This document shows, one piece after another, positions 30,679 to 40,298 of a stretch of DNA of 64,000 nucleotides. The stretch's first letter is position 1. The number at the start of each line of letters is the position of its first letter. A program made the translations under genes and the position numbers. Source of the DNA: Gemmatimonadota bacterium (GTDB lineage: Bacteria; Gemmatimonadota; Gemmatimonadetes; Palauibacterales; Palauibacteraceae); assembly GCA_963666735.1 (NCBI GenBank), contig OY762926.1:3483324-3547323 (forward strand). The letters are read 5' to 3'. Under the pieces are notes generated by a model. That model was not told where the DNA came from. It searched no databases and saw only the letters and a list, made by a program, of their open reading frames with translations.

Positions 30679-31721
30679 CGCGATCGGTCGCTTTGGGACT
30701 GGCGAGCGTACTCGGACTCTCCGGATGCAACGGGGATCCGGGTGGCGGCGACGATGGACGCGCCCATTTCGTCGAGACCGGCCAGATCTACGAGATCCGG
30801 TCGCTCGGCGCCCACCTTGACCAGTTCGACGAACGGGTGAGCTTCGGCTCGCTGGCGGACATCCTCGTCACCCCAAACGGCTACTTCGTCGCGGACGGGC
30901 TCAACAGCCACATCGTCCTCCTCGACCGGAGCCTGAATCTGGTGCGGATCTCGGGCAGGGACGGCGACGGCCCCGGAGAATACAGATTTCCGAGCCGCAT
31001 GGACTACGCCGGTGAGCAGATCCTCGTCGTCGACGTCGGAGCCGGGCGAGCGTCGTACCTGAGCCCGGACGGAGACTTCGTTCGCAGCCAACTGATGCCG
31101 GGGAACGCGAGCGATGCGGTTGTCCATCCGGACCTTGGGCTGCTCGTAGCTGGGGACGCGTTCGTGGACCACTACCTGGCCCGCGTGACGGCGCGCGGAA
31201 ACGTGGCGTTCGGGCGGATCCCGGACGAGTTGCGTCCCGACCCGGAAGGCCCATTCCAGTTGCGTATGGACTTGGTGACCGTGTCCGACGACGGCCTGAT
31301 CCACGTCCTCGATCAGGACCAGCTTGCGCTTATGAGCTTCGACGCCGAGGGGATCTTGGTGAGCGTGCTCTTCCTGCCGACGGAAATGCGGGATCTCAGG
31401 TTGAGGAAGAATCGTGAGACCATCGAGGCGTTCGGAGGGCCGGAGCGAGTCCTCGGCACACAGTTCGTCTCGAGCCTCCGGCCCCTTGAGGACGGCCGTC
31501 TGTTCGCGCGGTTCAACTCGGAGAACACGATCGGGCTGTTCCTGGATGTGGAGCGGCACGAAGCTGCGCGCCTCGCAGTGCCGGCGGAGCGAGAAGACTG
31601 GCTATGGATGCTATCGAGCCAGGTCTACTTTGACGGCATGGATCGAGCGGTGCTTACCGAGGGCCTGAAGGCCGCCGGACTCCTGACCGCGAAGATCGAA
31701 CTCACGGAGCCGGGGGGATAA
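30663..31721 (+). CDS. Predicted lipoprotein, NHL/6-bladed beta-propeller-like (paralogue B)
   Basis: GTG start, lipobox LSGC, and [13 protein letters not shown]. Colinear with paralogue A along its whole length. Confidence 0.65.
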   Translation: MGPALTRSVALGLASVLGLSGCNGDPGGGDDGRAHFVETGQIYEIRSLGAHLDQFDERVSFGSLADILVTPNGYFVADGLNSHIVLLDRSLNLVRISGRDGDGPGEYRFPSRMDYAGEQILVVDVGAGRASYLSPDGDFVRSQLMPGNASDAVVHPDLGLLVAGDAFVDHYLARVTARGNVAFGRIPDELRPDPEGPFQLRMDLVTVSDDGLIHVLDQDQLALMSFDAEGILVSVLFLPTEMRDLRLRKNRETIEAFGGPERVLGTQFVSSLRPLEDGRLFARFNSENTIGLFLDVERHEAARLAVPAEREDWLWMLSSQVYFDGMDRAVLTEGLKAAGLLTAKIELTEPGG

Positions 31722-31741
31722 AGGTCAATTCTCGACTCGCG

Positions 31742-33214
31742 CTGGTCGCAATCGACCAGGGGACGACTTCGACGCGCGCCATCGTGTTCGACCTCCGCGG
31801 GAGGACGATCGCTACGGCGCAGCGGGAGTTGACGCAGAGCTATCCCGCCCCGGGCTGGGTGGAGCATGACCCCGAGCGCATCCGGGATGACGCCATCGAA
31901 GTGGCGCGGGAGGTCATCGAGACCGCCGAGACGTCCGGGTATCACGTGGCGGCGATCGGCATCACGAACCAGCGCGAGACGACCGTGGTCTGGGAACGCG
32001 CGAGCGGCAAGCCGGTTCACCCGGCGATCGTGTGGCAGGACCGGCGGACGGCGAAGGCGTGTGCCGAGCTTCGCGGGGCGGGGCACGAGGGGCTGATCGC
32101 GCGCCGCACCGGGTTGCGGCTCGACCCGTACTTCTCCGGAACGAAGCTGGCGTGGATCCTCGACAACGTGCCGGGAGCGCGTGAGGCGGCGGCGAAGGGC
32201 GAACTGGCCTTTGGGACGATCGACGCCTGGTTGCTCTGGTGTCTGACCGGCGGGCGCGTGCACGCGACGGATGCGTCGAACGCGTCGCGGACCCTCCTCT
32301 ACGACATCGATGAAGGCCGCTGGCACCCGGAACTGCTCGAACTGTTGCGCGTGCCCGCCGCCGTGTTGCCCGAGGTTCGCGATTCGGCCGGCGATTTCGG
32401 GGAGACGTTCGCGGGACTGTTCGGCCGCGCGATCCCGTTGCGGGGCGTGGTCGGCGACCAGCAGGCGGCGACGTTCGGACAGGCCGCGTTCGAGCCGGGA
32501 GGGATGAAGTTTACCTACGGAACGGGCGCGTTTGCGCTGCTGAACACCGGCGCGGACCGACTCGCCTCGCGGCACGGCCTGCTCACGACGGTGGCCTGGC
32601 AACTCCACGGGGAACGCACGTACGCGCTCGAGGGCAGCATCTTCGTCGCCGGCGCATCGGTGCAGTGGCTGCGCGATGGGTTGGGCATCATTGCCGACGC
32701 CGCCGAGACGGAGGCGCTTGCCCGTTCCGTGGATTCGACGGGTGGGGTCGTGCTGGTCCCCGCTTTCGCCGGGCTGGGCGGCATCCACTGGGATCCGGAA
32801 GCGCGCGCCGCCCTGCTGGGCATGACGCGCGACACGGGGCGGGCCGAGATCGCACGCGCGGCGCTGGAGGCGGTCGCCTACCAGTCACGCGAACTGATCG
32901 ACGCGATGCAGGCCGACGGAGCGCCGCGACCGGCGACGCTGCGCGTGGACGGCGGATTCACGAACAACGACTGGGCCATGCAGTTTCTCGCCGACATCCT
33001 CGACATCGAGATCGGGTGCCCGGCCGTGACGGAGACCACCGCGCTGGGGGCGGCGATGCTGGGCGGCCTCGGCGCCGGCGTGTTCGCGGACCTGCGGGAG
33101 GTCGCGGCCCTGTGGCGACAGGACCGCGCGTGGCGGCCGGCCATGGACGCGAAGAAGCGCGAAACGCTCTATTCCGGGTGGCGGCGCGCGGTCGCCCGCG
33201 TGCTCACGAACTGA
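31742..33214 (+). CDS. glpK: Glycerol kinase (start codon unresolved)
   Basis: [27 protein letters not shown] and [10 protein letters not shown]. The track start (GTG 31784) would delete the DQGTTS phosphate-binding loop. The only in-frame candidates upstream are non-canonical: CTG at 31742 and ATA at 31718. Confidence 0.8.
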   Translation: MVAIDQGTTSTRAIVFDLRGRTIATAQRELTQSYPAPGWVEHDPERIRDDAIEVAREVIETAETSGYHVAAIGITNQRETTVVWERASGKPVHPAIVWQDRRTAKACAELRGAGHEGLIARRTGLRLDPYFSGTKLAWILDNVPGAREAAAKGELAFGTIDAWLLWCLTGGRVHATDASNASRTLLYDIDEGRWHPELLELLRVPAAVLPEVRDSAGDFGETFAGLFGRAIPLRGVVGDQQAATFGQAAFEPGGMKFTYGTGAFALLNTGADRLASRHGLLTTVAWQLHGERTYALEGSIFVAGASVQWLRDGLGIIADAAETEALARSVDSTGGVVLVPAFAGLGGIHWDPEARAALLGMTRDTGRAEIARAALEAVAYQSRELIDAMQADGAPRPATLRVDGGFTNNDWAMQFLADILDIEIGCPAVTETTALGAAMLGGLGAGVFADLREVAALWRQDRAWRPAMDAKKRETLYSGWRRAVARVLTN

Positions 33215-33257
33215 TATTCTGGCCGACGACACCCCCCTGAAGCGGCACGGGTAGCTC

Positions 33258-34241
33258 ATGGAAACCACCGGGAGGCCGACCGTCCCCGCGGCCGAGGAGA
33301 TCCTTGGCGGGTATTTCCCCGTCCTCGACCACGGGTTCGTCGCGCTCGTCGACTACATGGGCTCGGACGCCCACGTGGAGGCGGCGGCTCGCGTCAGCTA
33401 CGGGGCCGGCACGCGTCGCGTCAGCCAGACTCGCGGTCTCGTGCGGTATCTGCGGCGCCACGCGCACACGACGCCGAGCGAGATGGTCGAGTTCAAGTTC
33501 CACTGCTCCATGCCGATGTTCGTCGCGCGACAGTGGATCCGGCACCGCACGGCTTCGGTCAACGAACTCAGCGCCCGCTACAGTCTCCTGCCGCTGCTGT
33601 TCTACGAACCGGGCCACGAGCAGTTCGCCTACCAGAGCCGTTTGAACAACCAGGGCCGAGAAGCGGACCCCGCCCCAACTGACCTCTACCGCCGCGCGAT
33701 CGAACGCTGGGAGCAACTGCGGAACGAAGCGGCGCATGGTTACGAGTGGCTGCTCTCCGAGGATGTCGCCCGCGAACTCGCGCGGATCGACCTCCCCCTG
33801 TCGACGTATACGCAGTGGTACTGGAAGATCGATCTGCACAACCTCCTCCACTTCCTGCGGCTGCGGGTGGACGCTCACGCGCAGTGGGAAATCCAGGAGT
33901 ACGGGCGCGTGATGGCCGGCATGCTCCAGCGGGTCGCGCCGCTCAGTTACGAGGCCTGGGTCGACTATGAAGTGTTGGGGGCGCGGCTGAGCGCGGGGGA
34001 ACTCGAGGTGCTGCGAAGCCTGTTGCGGCCGGACCCCGAGTCGGAATCGATCCGCGGCGAAGGGGTCGCGACGAAGGAGGATCTCAAGGCGGCCGGGCTG
34101 GCGCCGCGCGAGATCCGCGAGCTGCTGGACAAGCTGTCTCCCGCCGAACGACCCGACTTCACGCTCGATCTCTCGCAGATGAAGAGCGCGGAGGAAATGT
34201 CCGGAAAGATGGCGAAAGCGGTGCCGGAGCCCACGGGTTAG
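33258..34241 (+). CDS. thyX: FAD-dependent thymidylate synthase ThyX, with a C-terminal extension
   Basis: ThyX signature QWIRHRTASVNELSARYS. The protein is about 327 aa, roughly 80 aa longer than typical ThyX. Confidence 0.88.
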   Translation: METTGRPTVPAAEEILGGYFPVLDHGFVALVDYMGSDAHVEAAARVSYGAGTRRVSQTRGLVRYLRRHAHTTPSEMVEFKFHCSMPMFVARQWIRHRTASVNELSARYSLLPLLFYEPGHEQFAYQSRLNNQGREADPAPTDLYRRAIERWEQLRNEAAHGYEWLLSEDVARELARIDLPLSTYTQWYWKIDLHNLLHFLRLRVDAHAQWEIQEYGRVMAGMLQRVAPLSYEAWVDYEVLGARLSAGELEVLRSLLRPDPESESIRGEGVATKEDLKAAGLAPREIRELLDKLSPAERPDFTLDLSQMKSAEEMSGKMAKAVPEPTG

Positions 34242-34244
34242 CGC

Positions 34245-35978
34245 TCAGGCCCCTCGCGCCGCCCGTCGCGGAAGGGTGCGTGCCGCGAACCACGCCAGCG
34301 ACCCCAGCCACAGCGCGTAGAACACGACGCGGATCGGGTGGAGCGCCAGCGACTCCTGGAACTGCGGTTCGACTCCCGCGACCAGCATCGTCGTTCGTGA
34401 CAGCTGTTCGGCCGTGAACCATCCCCACAGCACCGCGGCCCACAGCAGGCTCCACCGTTTCCAGGTCGGCGGCCCCAACTCGACCGGCAGCCGGCGCACG
34501 TTCATGTAGCCGATCACGAGCGTAAACAGGAACATGCTGGACATGGTGAACGGGCCCGCGATGAGAAGCAGGAAATCGGGCTGAAGCACATCCAGCGCCT
34601 CCCCGCCGATCCATGACGCGGCAATGATCCCCATCGCCGCGAGCACGAAGATCGTGAGGAACACCAGGAACGTCCGTTTCTGGGTGAAGAAGCGCGTCTT
34701 GTATCCGAAGCGTTCGTAAAAGATGCAGCCCGTGATTCGGGTGACGGTGTCGAGGATCGCAAGCTGGGTCGAAAAGATGACGAACGACCCCCCGAGCAGG
34801 AACGCGACGCGGAGCCACAAGCCGCCGACGCGCTGAATCGCCTCGCCCTGCAGCGTCACCATCGTGGTCAGATCGCCCGCGATGCCCGGGTTGTCCGTGC
34901 CCAGCGTCGCCGCGACGAGCATGCACGTGATGACGACGCTCAGGAGCGTCAGGACAACGAAGGTGACGAGCAATTCCTGGTGGACGACCCGCATCCAGCC
35001 CCGGAAACGCCCGAGTTGCACAGGGTCGCTCGTGTCGAAGACGAACCCGGTCGTGCTGACGTCTTCATTGCGCCCGCGGATGCCCGCGATCCGTCCCTGA
35101 AACCGCGCCATCCCGAAGCCCTTGTCGCGCAACCAGAGCGACTGTGCGAGGAGCAGCGTGCCCCCGGTGCCGGCATACGCCACCGCGAGGATCAGCGTTG
35201 GGAACTGGTCCCCCGTGAACAGTTCGGCCGGGGCGCTCCCGAACGAGACGGCGCCAACCGCCAGTTCGAGGAGGTGGGAGGGCACGAAACCGACCGCGAG
35301 GAGCGTGATCGCGAGGAGAGGGAAGAACCCCGCCACCAGGGCGATCTCACAGCGCTCCAGGACGTTGTAGACGATGCGGGAGACCGCGAGGCCGAACCAG
35401 ATGCAGGCGAGCATGAGCAGCGCCATCGGCTGCCACTGGATCTGCGGCCCTCCGGCGAGGACCACGATCTGACCCACGAATTCGGCGGACTGCGACGCCC
35501 ACCCGGGCCAGAAGAAGCTGGCCAGCGTCGCGACCAGGAAGAGCCAGGGCCAGAACCCCAGCCGGTCGAGCCGAGCCATGCCGGCGAACGTCGACTCGCC
35601 GGTGGCGATGGTCCAGCGTTCGATCTCGCCGATGACGACGAACTGGGTCACGACTCCGATCCAGAACAGCCACCAGATCGAGAACCCGTTGGCGGCCACG
35701 AGGTTGGGCCAGAGGAGGAACTCACCGCTTCCCAGACCCATGCCGAGCGCGATGACGGAGGGCCCGATGATGTGCCTGAGGCGGGGCACCCGGGACATGC
35801 GGCGGACGAACTTGAACGGCGGGCCGTGACCGCGGTCGGGAAAGGCTTCTGTGTCCGGCGCGTCCGGAAGGGTGCTCTCGTCGAGCGGCTTGTACACGCC
35901 GTTACGGTACTGCTGTCCCTCCTCGTTGCTGGAGGAGATCGAGTCCGGCGCCATCGAGCCGGAGCCCTGCCCGGTCAA
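34245..35978 (-). CDS. Nramp-like polytopic membrane transporter
   Basis: About 11-12 hydrophobic segments, with an N-terminal GPSVIALGMGLGSGEFLLWP resembling Nramp/MntH motifs. The substrate is not assignable. Confidence 0.6.
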   Translation of the reverse strand: MTGQGSGSMAPDSISSSNEEGQQYRNGVYKPLDESTLPDAPDTEAFPDRGHGPPFKFVRRMSRVPRLRHIIGPSVIALGMGLGSGEFLLWPNLVAANGFSIWWLFWIGVVTQFVVIGEIERWTIATGESTFAGMARLDRLGFWPWLFLVATLASFFWPGWASQSAEFVGQIVVLAGGPQIQWQPMALLMLACIWFGLAVSRIVYNVLERCEIALVAGFFPLLAITLLAVGFVPSHLLELAVGAVSFGSAPAELFTGDQFPTLILAVAYAGTGGTLLLAQSLWLRDKGFGMARFQGRIAGIRGRNEDVSTTGFVFDTSDPVQLGRFRGWMRVVHQELLVTFVVLTLLSVVITCMLVAATLGTDNPGIAGDLTTMVTLQGEAIQRVGGLWLRVAFLLGGSFVIFSTQLAILDTVTRITGCIFYERFGYKTRFFTQKRTFLVFLTIFVLAAMGIIAASWIGGEALDVLQPDFLLLIAGPFTMSSMFLFTLVIGYMNVRRLPVELGPPTWKRWSLLWAAVLWGWFTAEQLSRTTMLVAGVEPQFQESLALHPIRVVFYALWLGSLAWFAARTLPRRAARGA

Positions 35979-36787
35979 GGTGCCGGGGGGTCGAAGCGTC
36001 CCTCGGGCACCGTCTCACCCGCGGCCACATCCTCGAAGTAGATGAAACGGTCGCCCCCATCCGGAAGCCGCGTCATGGCGAACTGGATGTCGCCGACCGG
36101 TTGCCAGTCCGACCACCAGATGACCTCCCCCGGCGCGTCCGACCGCCCCAGGTGGTACTGCCAGGCCATCATGCGCCCCGACTCGTCGAGAAAACCCCAG
36201 TACTGGTCTTCGGTCGTACCCAGGCCCTGGTCGAAGCTGAGGTGGATCGCTTCGTACGCCTTGCCGTCGGAAAGCGTACGCGCCCCCTCATGGGCGAGGT
36301 GAACGCCCGGGTCGTCCCACTTGAAGGGCATGATCGCCCAGTACGTGTCGTTGATAAAGGCGCCGTAGCCGCGCCGGAGCGCCGAGTCCCGCGCCGCGCC
36401 GGCCAGCTCCTCGCCTCCGACCCACGCGCGTCCCGCCGGAACCTTCTCGAGCTCGGGGTGCGGATCGATCTCGTGCACGTTGAAGAGCAGGAGATGGGAC
36501 GTTCCGTCCTCCGCATAGGCGATGCGGTACCGTCCGTCGTACCGGTCCCACGAATGTTCGCGGTTCGCCACGATCCGGCCCTCGCGTTCCACGATCCAGC
36601 GGAACGACAGGTATCGCGTTCGATCCCATGCCTCCCGCCCACCGAGACTCTCGGCCAGACGCGCAGCGTGCATGGCCGCGGTATCGTCAGGCGCCGTGGC
36701 GGCCACGGCGCCGCCGCCGTCTTCCGGCGTCCCTCCGCCGCACGCGACGAGCGCGGACATCGCCAACATCGCACAGAGTCTTCGCAT
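35975..36787 (-). CDS. Predicted lipoprotein, function unknown
   Basis: The ATG at 36787 gives MRRLCAMLAMSALVACGG (lipobox). The stop overlaps the start of the transporter gene. Confidence 0.6.
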   Translation of the reverse strand: MRRLCAMLAMSALVACGGGTPEDGGGAVAATAPDDTAAMHAARLAESLGGREAWDRTRYLSFRWIVEREGRIVANREHSWDRYDGRYRIAYAEDGTSHLLLFNVHEIDPHPELEKVPAGRAWVGGEELAGAARDSALRRGYGAFINDTYWAIMPFKWDDPGVHLAHEGARTLSDGKAYEAIHLSFDQGLGTTEDQYWGFLDESGRMMAWQYHLGRSDAPGEVIWWSDWQPVGDIQFAMTRLPDGGDRFIYFEDVAAGETVPEGRFDPPAP

Positions 36788-36825
36788 GGACTCCCCCGGA
36801 CGAGCGTTACAGACGAAGGCGCAAC

Positions 36826-39363
36826 CTAGCGGTCCTGCGTTTCGAACTCTAACTCGGCCTGCGGCTCCTCGCCGTCCGAGGGCGTTTCCCGGAGGGGCAG
36901 CTCGCCGGCTTCCCCGCGGCCGGGCGATGCGGTGCGCGCACGGCGTCCCGAGTGCATCGGGTGTACGGCCTCGACCGCAACGCCGGCCCGCAGCCGCACA
37001 GCCGGGCGCCCGGCCTCGCGAGGAGAGCGACGGATCACGCTGGCCGCCGACGTCGACTCCACGGATCCATCGGACAATTCCCATGCCACCTCGTCCCCGT
37101 CGTGCGCTTCGGTGAAACCCACGAGGCCGCCGGTCCGCTCCCGCTCGGGGAGGATGGTGAACCCCTTGCCCGCCCGGCCCTGAACCTTGAATTCCGTGAA
37201 CGGAATGCGCTTGCCGTACCCGGCGGCGGTCGCCACGAGCAGGTCGGAATCCGCGCGCGGAGCCGCCGCGGCGACCACGACATCGCCGCGCGCGAGATCG
37301 ATGGCTTTGACGCCGCGGGCCGTGCGGCCCATCGCGCGAGTGGCGGATTCGGGGAAGCGGATCGCCTGGCCGGATCGCGTCGCGAACAGGAGGTCGCTGC
37401 TCCCTTCCGTGACGAACGCGGCCGCGACCTCGTCGCCGCGCGCGATTCCGGCGCCGATGATGCCAGCGCTCCGGGCGTTCGCGTATTCCGACAGCGCCGA
37501 CCGCTTCACGTGACCCTGTCTTGTGGCGACCACGAGGAATCGGTCATCGGCGAAGGTCTCGGCCGCGAGCAGCGCGACGATCTCGTCTCCACGCTCCAGG
37601 TCGATGAACTCCTCGACGTGGCGGCCCCGAGAGCTCCGCGTGCCCCTTGGCAGCGCAGAGACGGGCAGCGCATGCGCGTTGCCGCGTGCCGTGATCGCGA
37701 GGAGCGCGTGCGCTCCCCGCGTCAGGAACGCATGGCGCGCGAAGTCGCCTTCGCGGTCGGACAGCACTTCGGCGCCCGCCATCCCCCCGCCCGTCGCGGC
37801 GGGCTGCGCCTTCACGTAGCCGCCGCGACTCACCAGCACCAACTGCGCCTCGCCCCCGCCACCCTTCGACAGCCGGAACTCCGTATCGTCGTCGAGGATC
37901 TCCGTCCGCCTGGGGTCGTCGTAGCGCCCCGCGAGTTCGCGGATCTCTGCCCGCAGGAATCCCCGCCGGGCCGCCTCGTCCTCCACCAGCGCGGTCAGGC
38001 GCGCGATCTCCTCCCGCAGCGCCTTCAGTTCCCCCGCCAGCTTGTCCCGCTCCAGACCCGTCAGCCGGACGAGCCGCATTGCGAGGATCGCGTCTGCCTG
38101 ACGCTCCGTGAGATCGAACGCGGCGAGGAGTCCCTCCCGCGCCCCCGCCGGCGTCTTCGAGCCGCGGATGATGTCGATGACGCGATCGATTTCGTCGAGC
38201 GCCGCCTGGAGCCCCTCGACGACGTGGGCGCGGTCCCCGGCCCGGGCGAGGTCGTGCGCCGCGCCGCGGCGGATCACGGCGAGGCGATGGTCGATCCACG
38301 TGCGGAGGACCGTCTTCAGATCCAGCTCCTCGGGCTTGCCATCGACGAGCGCGAGCATGATCACGCCGAACGTGTAACGGAGCTGCGTCTTCTTGAAGAG
38401 GGTGGCGAGTACCTTCTTGGGCTGCGCGTCGCGCTTGAGCTCGATCACGAGCCGGATCCCGTCGCGGTCGGACTCGTCGCGCAGGTCGGTGATCGCGTCG
38501 GCCCGCCCGGCGCGCACGACCTTCGTGATCTGCTCGATGACGCGCGTCTTGTTCACCTGATAGGGAAGTTCCGTGACGATCAGCGAACTCTTCCCGAATC
38601 TGCCCTCCTCGAGATGGACTTTGGCGCGCATGTCGAGTCGTCCTCGCCCGGTCCGGTAGGCGGACTCGATGCCGGCCCGGCCGTGGATGTACCCGCCCGT
38701 CGGGAAGTCCGGCCCGGGCAGGCGGGCGAGCAGCTCGTCGCTGTCGCACTGCGGGTTCGCGACGAGGTGGTCGACCGCGGCGAGGAGCTCCCCGGCGTTG
38801 TGCGGCGGGATCTTCGTCGCCATGCCTACCGCGATCCCGTCGCTGCCGTTCAGCAGGAGGTGCGGCAGTCGGCAGGGCAGAACCACCGGTTCGGTCAGGC
38901 GCCCGTCGAAGTTGGGCCGCACGTCGACGGTGTCGCGCTCTATGTCGGCGAGGAGATCCATCGCGACCGGCGTCATCCGCACTTCCGTGTAGCGGTAGGC
39001 GGCGGCGGAATCGCCATCGATCGAACCGAAATTCCCCTGGCCGTCGATGAGCGGATAGCGCAGCGAGAAGTCCTGGACCATTCGGACGATGGTGTCGTAC
39101 ACCGCGCCATCCCCGTGCGGGTGATACCGGCCCAGCACGTCGCCCACGACCGTGGCGCTCTTCTTGTGCGGCCGCGACGGGCGCATCCCCTCTTCCAGCA
39201 TCGCGTACAGGATTCGGCGATGCACCGGCTTCAGGCCGTCGCGGGCATCGGGGAGCGCGCGCTGCACGATGACGCTCATCGAGTAGTCGATGAACGACTC
39301 GCGCATTTCCTCCTCGAGCGCGCGGCGTTCGATGCGTTCGTGCTGCAGGGTGCCTTGCGTCAC
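36826..39363 (-). CDS. gyrA: DNA gyrase subunit A
   Basis: [24 protein letters not shown], the catalytic-Tyr context AAAYRYTE, and C-terminal beta-pinwheel repeats. Confidence 0.95.
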   Translation of the reverse strand: MTQGTLQHERIERRALEEEMRESFIDYSMSVIVQRALPDARDGLKPVHRRILYAMLEEGMRPSRPHKKSATVVGDVLGRYHPHGDGAVYDTIVRMVQDFSLRYPLIDGQGNFGSIDGDSAAAYRYTEVRMTPVAMDLLADIERDTVDVRPNFDGRLTEPVVLPCRLPHLLLNGSDGIAVGMATKIPPHNAGELLAAVDHLVANPQCDSDELLARLPGPDFPTGGYIHGRAGIESAYRTGRGRLDMRAKVHLEEGRFGKSSLIVTELPYQVNKTRVIEQITKVVRAGRADAITDLRDESDRDGIRLVIELKRDAQPKKVLATLFKKTQLRYTFGVIMLALVDGKPEELDLKTVLRTWIDHRLAVIRRGAAHDLARAGDRAHVVEGLQAALDEIDRVIDIIRGSKTPAGAREGLLAAFDLTERQADAILAMRLVRLTGLERDKLAGELKALREEIARLTALVEDEAARRGFLRAEIRELAGRYDDPRRTEILDDDTEFRLSKGGGGEAQLVLVSRGGYVKAQPAATGGGMAGAEVLSDREGDFARHAFLTRGAHALLAITARGNAHALPVSALPRGTRSSRGRHVEEFIDLERGDEIVALLAAETFADDRFLVVATRQGHVKRSALSEYANARSAGIIGAGIARGDEVAAAFVTEGSSDLLFATRSGQAIRFPESATRAMGRTARGVKAIDLARGDVVVAAAAPRADSDLLVATAAGYGKRIPFTEFKVQGRAGKGFTILPERERTGGLVGFTEAHDGDEVAWELSDGSVESTSAASVIRRSPREAGRPAVRLRAGVAVEAVHPMHSGRRARTASPGRGEAGELPLRETPSDGEEPQAELEFETQDR

Positions 39364-39420
39364 TGCCGTGCCTCCTCTTCCACCGCTTCTTCCCCCACTC
39401 CCGCCTCGATCATCCTCGTC

Positions 39421-39816
39421 CTACTCACACAGCAGGTCGGCGGTTGCGCGCTGCGCCTCCGATGGGGCGGCGGGCATGGCGATCACGAAGCCCTTCCGGT
39501 TCGCCGCATCGGGCAGATGGATCAGCATGGCGCCCGGTGCGAACGGGTCCGGCGCGCGCGCCGCGAGTCCCGCCTCCGAAATCGTGAAGAGTCCTCCAGG
39601 CTCCAGGCTGGAAGCCAGCCACGCCCCATAGGAAAGCCACGCCGCCAGCGCCTCGCCTCCCCCCGTCACGCCTGCCACATCCGACCGGTACCGTGCGACG
39701 GCACGATCGTAGGCTCCGCCGTCGCGCGTCTTCAACCGCAGGAGGAGCTGTCGGTAGAGCGGCTGCACGTCGTCGATCCCGTGCTCGGCCAGCGCCTGCG
39801 TGTAGGTCTCCGTCAT
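39421..39816 (-). CDS. Hypothetical protein (131 aa)
   Basis: Clean ORF with G/C-rich third positions, lying between the zinc-ribbon gene and gyrA. No motif recognised. Confidence 0.5.
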   Translation of the reverse strand: MTETYTQALAEHGIDDVQPLYRQLLLRLKTRDGGAYDRAVARYRSDVAGVTGGGEALAAWLSYGAWLASSLEPGGLFTISEAGLAARAPDPFAPGAMLIHLPDAANRKGFVIAMPAAPSEAQRATADLLCE

Positions 39817-39886
39817 CCCATCATCTCCGTCCCCGCCTCGCCCGGCTCCTCACCCGGGACGTCCGCCCGCAGGAATCCGTCGAGGA

Positions 39887-40132
39887 TCAGTCGTTATGGC
39901 TCAGTTCGTACTCCCGCTGCGCTCGCGTGCGTTCGCTCCCGAGCTTTGCGTCGCGTTTCTTCGCCGCGGCGAGCGACCGCTCCCTGCGGGCCTCGGAGTG
40001 GACGCGCGGAAGAGAGATGAGTCTTTCCAGCTCGGCACTCCGGCACGACGCGCACGCGGGCGTCATCGCCCCCCGCACGAAGAGTTCGAACTCGTGCGAA
40101 CACTCGCGGCACCTGTACTCGTATATCGGCAT
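39887..40132 (-). CDS. FmdB-family zinc-ribbon protein (CxxC...CxxC)
   Basis: MPIYEYRCRECSHEFELFVRGAMTPACASCRS is the characteristic N-terminus of the family. The 195-aa track ORF is over-extended. Confidence 0.8.
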   Translation of the reverse strand: MPIYEYRCRECSHEFELFVRGAMTPACASCRSAELERLISLPRVHSEARRERSLAAAKKRDAKLGSERTRAQREYELSHND

Positions 40133-40298
40133 GGATCCTCCGGTCGCGCGGTACTCCGCAGCATGCTTTTTGACGGTCGCGCGGGCAAGTCGCCGCCCGC
40201 CTCGCCGGATCCCCCGCGCGGCCTGGCTTTGACAGACTCCGACCGCCTGTCTGATAATGCCGGGTCGCCACCCCGGTCCGCACGGAAAGAAAGACCCC

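Noticed and set aside
36952-40020. 1022-aa plus-strand ORF, the longest ORF in the window
   Set aside because: It lies antisense to gyrA, which has unmistakable motifs (YHPHGD, catalytic-Tyr context). The translation is low-complexity and Arg-rich, so it is an antisense shadow.
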